Shown: positions 60,797-64,000 of the stretch, in pieces | How the letters are laid out: each line of letters opens with the position of its first letter | Numbering within the stretch: position 1 is the first letter of the stretch | NCBI GenBank assembly: GCA_030390025.1 | Contig: CM059431.1 | Location: 102,550,001-102,614,000, forward strand | Reading direction: 5' to 3' | DNA length: 64,000 bases | From: Squalus acanthias | Taxonomy: Eukaryota | The notes under the pieces: generated by a model | The model's database searches: none | What the model was told of the DNA's origin: nothing | What the model saw: only the letters and a program-made list of their open reading frames with translations | Position numbers and translations under genes: made by a program

Positions 60797-61001
60797 ATGA
60801 TGTGGAGATGCTGGCGTTGGACTGGGGTGGATAAATGTGAGAAGTCGCACAACACCAGGTTATAGTCCAACAGTTTTATTTGAAATCACAAGCTTTCGGA
60901 GCGCTGATCCTTCGCCTGACGAAGGAGCAGCGCTCCGAAAGCTTGTGATTTCAAAAAAAGCTGTTGGACTATAACCTGGTGTTGTGCGACTTCTCACATT
61001 T
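60797..61001 (-). mobile_element. Penelope-like hairpin insertion (family B, shorter)
   Basis: Same sequence family as 52913-53296. TSD ATCTCTGTATTG at 60785-60796 and 61002-61013. Hammerhead core on + at 60912-60948. Confidence 0.85.
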
Positions 61002-61599
61002 ATCTCTGTATTGGTTAAACATTACCTTGTAGTCAATTTATTTAAAACTCTTGGGATTAATTTTTCTGGTATTCAGAATGAAAGAGATATTAGAGACAGA
61101 GATAAAAAAAAACCTCTTGGCAGTCAGATAAAAACATCATGCTGCAACATTGAAAAACAAATGCAAAAAAAAGTCAGTACTTATACCTATGAGCCCACTT
61201 AGTGTATTTTTAGGTCTACATTTATTTCATCTAAACAGAACGAAGAGAACCGACTCCAAAAACACACAAAAGCTAGACTTTAGCCAAGCAAAGGTTGAGC
61301 TGTGAAGATCAGAATCCGAACTGCTGGTTGCAAAGATCTGATAATTTGCCGTACTTGACGAGTTTAACAGCAGAACAATTCATCTTTTTGATGCAACACT
61401 TTTTGCCTTTCAGCAGCAACCAGAGCAAGGCTTCATCCAAGGCAAAAACCTCCTGAATCAGGAACTAGTAATAAAGCAAGGGAAAGGCGTGACACGGTAA
61501 GCCAAAGACACCGAAAGTGCAGTCGGTTTCAAAGATGGCCGCAGGTAAACTGAAGCAGATCCCAATTGCATTCAACATCAGTGGTTTTGTTTGCTCTCT

Positions 61600-61912
61600 G
61601 TCTTTCAGATGAGACGTTAAACCGAGGCCCCATCTGCTCTCTCAGGTGGACGTAAAAGATCCCGTGGCACTATTTTTGAAGAGGAGCAGGGGAGTTCTCC
61701 CCGCTGTCCTGGGGCCAATATTTATCCCTCAAATCAACATCACTAAAAAAAAAAAATCATCTGGTCATTATCGCATTGCTGTTTTGTGGGAGCTTGCTGT
61801 GCGCAATTTGGCTACATTACAACAGTGACTACACTTCAAAAAGTACCTCAGTGGCTGCAAAGCACTTGGTGACGTCCTGAGGTCACTCTATAAATGCAAG
61901 TTCTTTCTTTCT
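61600..61912 (+). mobile_element. DeuSINE, 5'-truncated
   Basis: GTCTTTCAGATGAGACGTTAAACCGAGGCCCC...ATAAATGCAAG(TTCT)n. Confidence 0.85.
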
Positions 61913-62904
61913 GTGTGCACAAGTTCCTGATTGCTTCTAGCACCGAGAGCGCTAAAGACAAACATTTATCCCAATTTTGCAATCAAATCCAAGTTGTAAA
62001 AAAAAAGTGATCGGAATAGAAGCAGAGCACTGATGTGGTGACTCAATGCAGAAATATTTGCCTGCAGGCAAAATAAAATTACTGTACATTGTTTATGCCC
62101 TTAAAAGCATATCGTGAGACATGGCATTTGAGGAATTTGTATACCCTGTACATCCAGTGATTGTGTTACTAAATGCACACTTAGCTCATTGCATTTCGTT
62201 ACATCCATTTTTGGACTTTTATCAAATAGTGGAATATTTTTAGTGCAGTATTTTTGATTTACTGGAACTGCTCAGAACCCCTGATTACTGCGGTTAATTC
62301 ATTAATGGAGAGCTCGATCTGCTCTTCATCCATTGTGGATTAATGCTTTTTTTAAATCCTAAAGTGCTAAATCCATCGACAGCACTAAAATGCCACCTCC
62401 ATTGCACCATTATTGTTGCGATTCAGGTGACCTGTAATTTTTTTTTTGTCAATTTCCAAATCCAGTTTGTTAACTCGACCAGTTTCTTTTATTTTAAACA
62501 AAAAAAAACACAACATTTTCAAAAAAATGTTTTACTATTCTCTCGGTTAATGCTTTTCCAGCTGATTTTCTCAACTGTTGCTGGAACATGTCGAGCTCCC
62601 TTTCTGTCGGACATGGGTGTGCGCACGTACTCTTTCGGATTAATCAGGGTGCCTGCTTGTCTGATTGCCGGTAATTTCCCCAAGCTGTTAAAACGTGGCG
62701 TGAAATCCGAACTCGCGGAGATCTGTCCGCAGCATTCCCTTGCCTTGGACCGGGCACCTTCCTAGGGTCAGGGATAGCTTAGTCTCAGGCCAATGGCCTC
62801 AGAAATTTGTGGCGTTGCTGGACCGGGAGGCCTATGCAGTTCAGCGAGCACCAGGGTGAACGGGACTTGGCACGAGTTAGGATACGGGGGGCAGCAGAGT
62901 TTTG

Positions 62905-63835
62905 AATTACATCGGATATACGGCAGAGAAACAGGCCATTCGGCCCAACCAGTCCATGCCGGCATTTAAGAAATAGGAGCAGGAGTCGGCCATTCGGCCC
63001 CTCGAGCCTGCGCCGCCATTTAATAAGATCATGGCTGATCCGATTTTGGCCTCAACTCCACTTTCCTACCCGCTCCCCATAACCCTTGACTCCCCTGTTG
63101 CTCAAAAATCTGTCTATCTCAGCCTTGAATATATTCAATGACTCAGCCTCCACAGCTCTCTGGGGTAAAGAATTCCAAAGATTCACAACCCTCAGAGAAG
63201 GAATTCCTCCTCATCTCCACACGAACCTCCTCCCGTCTTTCCTCATCTAAATCTATCAGCATAACCCTCTATTCCCTTCTCCCTCATATGCTTGTCTAGC
63301 CTCCCCTTAAATGCATCTATACTATTCGCTTCAACCACTCCCTGTGGTAGTGAGTTCCACATTCTCACCACTCTCTGGGTAAAGAAGTTTCTTCTGAATT
63401 CCCTATTGGATTTCTTGGTGACTATCTTATATTGATGGCCTCTAGTTTTGCTCTTCCCCACAAGTGGAAACACTCTCTCTGTATCCCACTCTATCAAAAC
63501 CTTTCATAATTTTAGGGACCTCTATTAGGTCACCCCTCAGCCTTCTTTTTTCAAGAGAAAAGAGACCCAGCCTGTTCACCCTGTCCTGATAATTATACCC
63601 TCACATTTCTGGCATCATTCTTGTAAATCTTCTCTGCACCCTCTCCAGTGCCTCTATATCCATTTTGTAATATGGTGACCTAGAACTGTACACAGTACTC
63701 CAAGTGTGGTCTAACCAAGGTTCAATACAAGTTTAGCATAACTTCCCTACTTTTCAATTCTATCCCTCTAGAAATAAACCCTAGTGCTCGGTTTGCTTTT
63801 TTTTTTTTAAAATGGCCTTGCTAACCTGCGTCGAA
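62905..63835 (-). mobile_element. CR1 3' portion (same subfamily as 24111) with nested CR1 tail 62965-63218, inside L2 fragments
   Basis: Near-identical to 24111-24790. L2 pieces lie at ~62810-62904 and ~63860-63930. Confidence 0.85.
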
Positions 63836-64000
63836 TAAGATCAAAGTTTATGGTTGATAAAAGGTGGAAGGCCGGCCAGGAGAGCGTTGGAATAGTTGAG
63901 CCTAGAGGTGACAAAAAAATCCTGGATGGAGGGTTTTCCTCCCAGTAGGTGCGAATGGGTGGTTAGAAGCGATAGGATGAGAGATTAACAAATAGGGGGC

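Overview
Eukaryotic (vertebrate) genomic DNA, most likely from a cartilaginous fish. It carries HE1-type V-SINEs, SacSINE1-like DeuSINEs and HER1-like CR1 LINEs. No host protein-coding gene is recognisable; most of the window is a nested pile of transposable elements. The best-supported contents are as follows. (1) A structurally complete CsRn1-lineage Gypsy retrotransposon at 26089-30485, with 262-bp LTRs differing at 3 sites, a tRNA-Trp PBS, a GCCT TSD and an open 1270-aa gag-pol. (2) A CR1 with an uninterrupted EN-RT ORF2 at 9087-12067, inserted antisense into an older full-length CR1. (3) Three hairpin-shaped Penelope-like insertions with clear TSDs that carry minimal hammerhead-ribozyme motifs (14792-15029, 52913-53296, 60797-61001). 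(4) Three solo LTRs defined by TG...CA ends and TSDs, one of them 1.4 kb (58149-59569). (5) PIF/Harbinger relics with transposase and Myb/SANT remnants plus related MITEs, hAT MITEs, many CR1 and L2 fragments, a 2.3-kb CpG-rich minisatellite and a candidate CpG-island promoter. Family names come from motif recognition, not database searches. Boundaries of degraded fragments are approximate.
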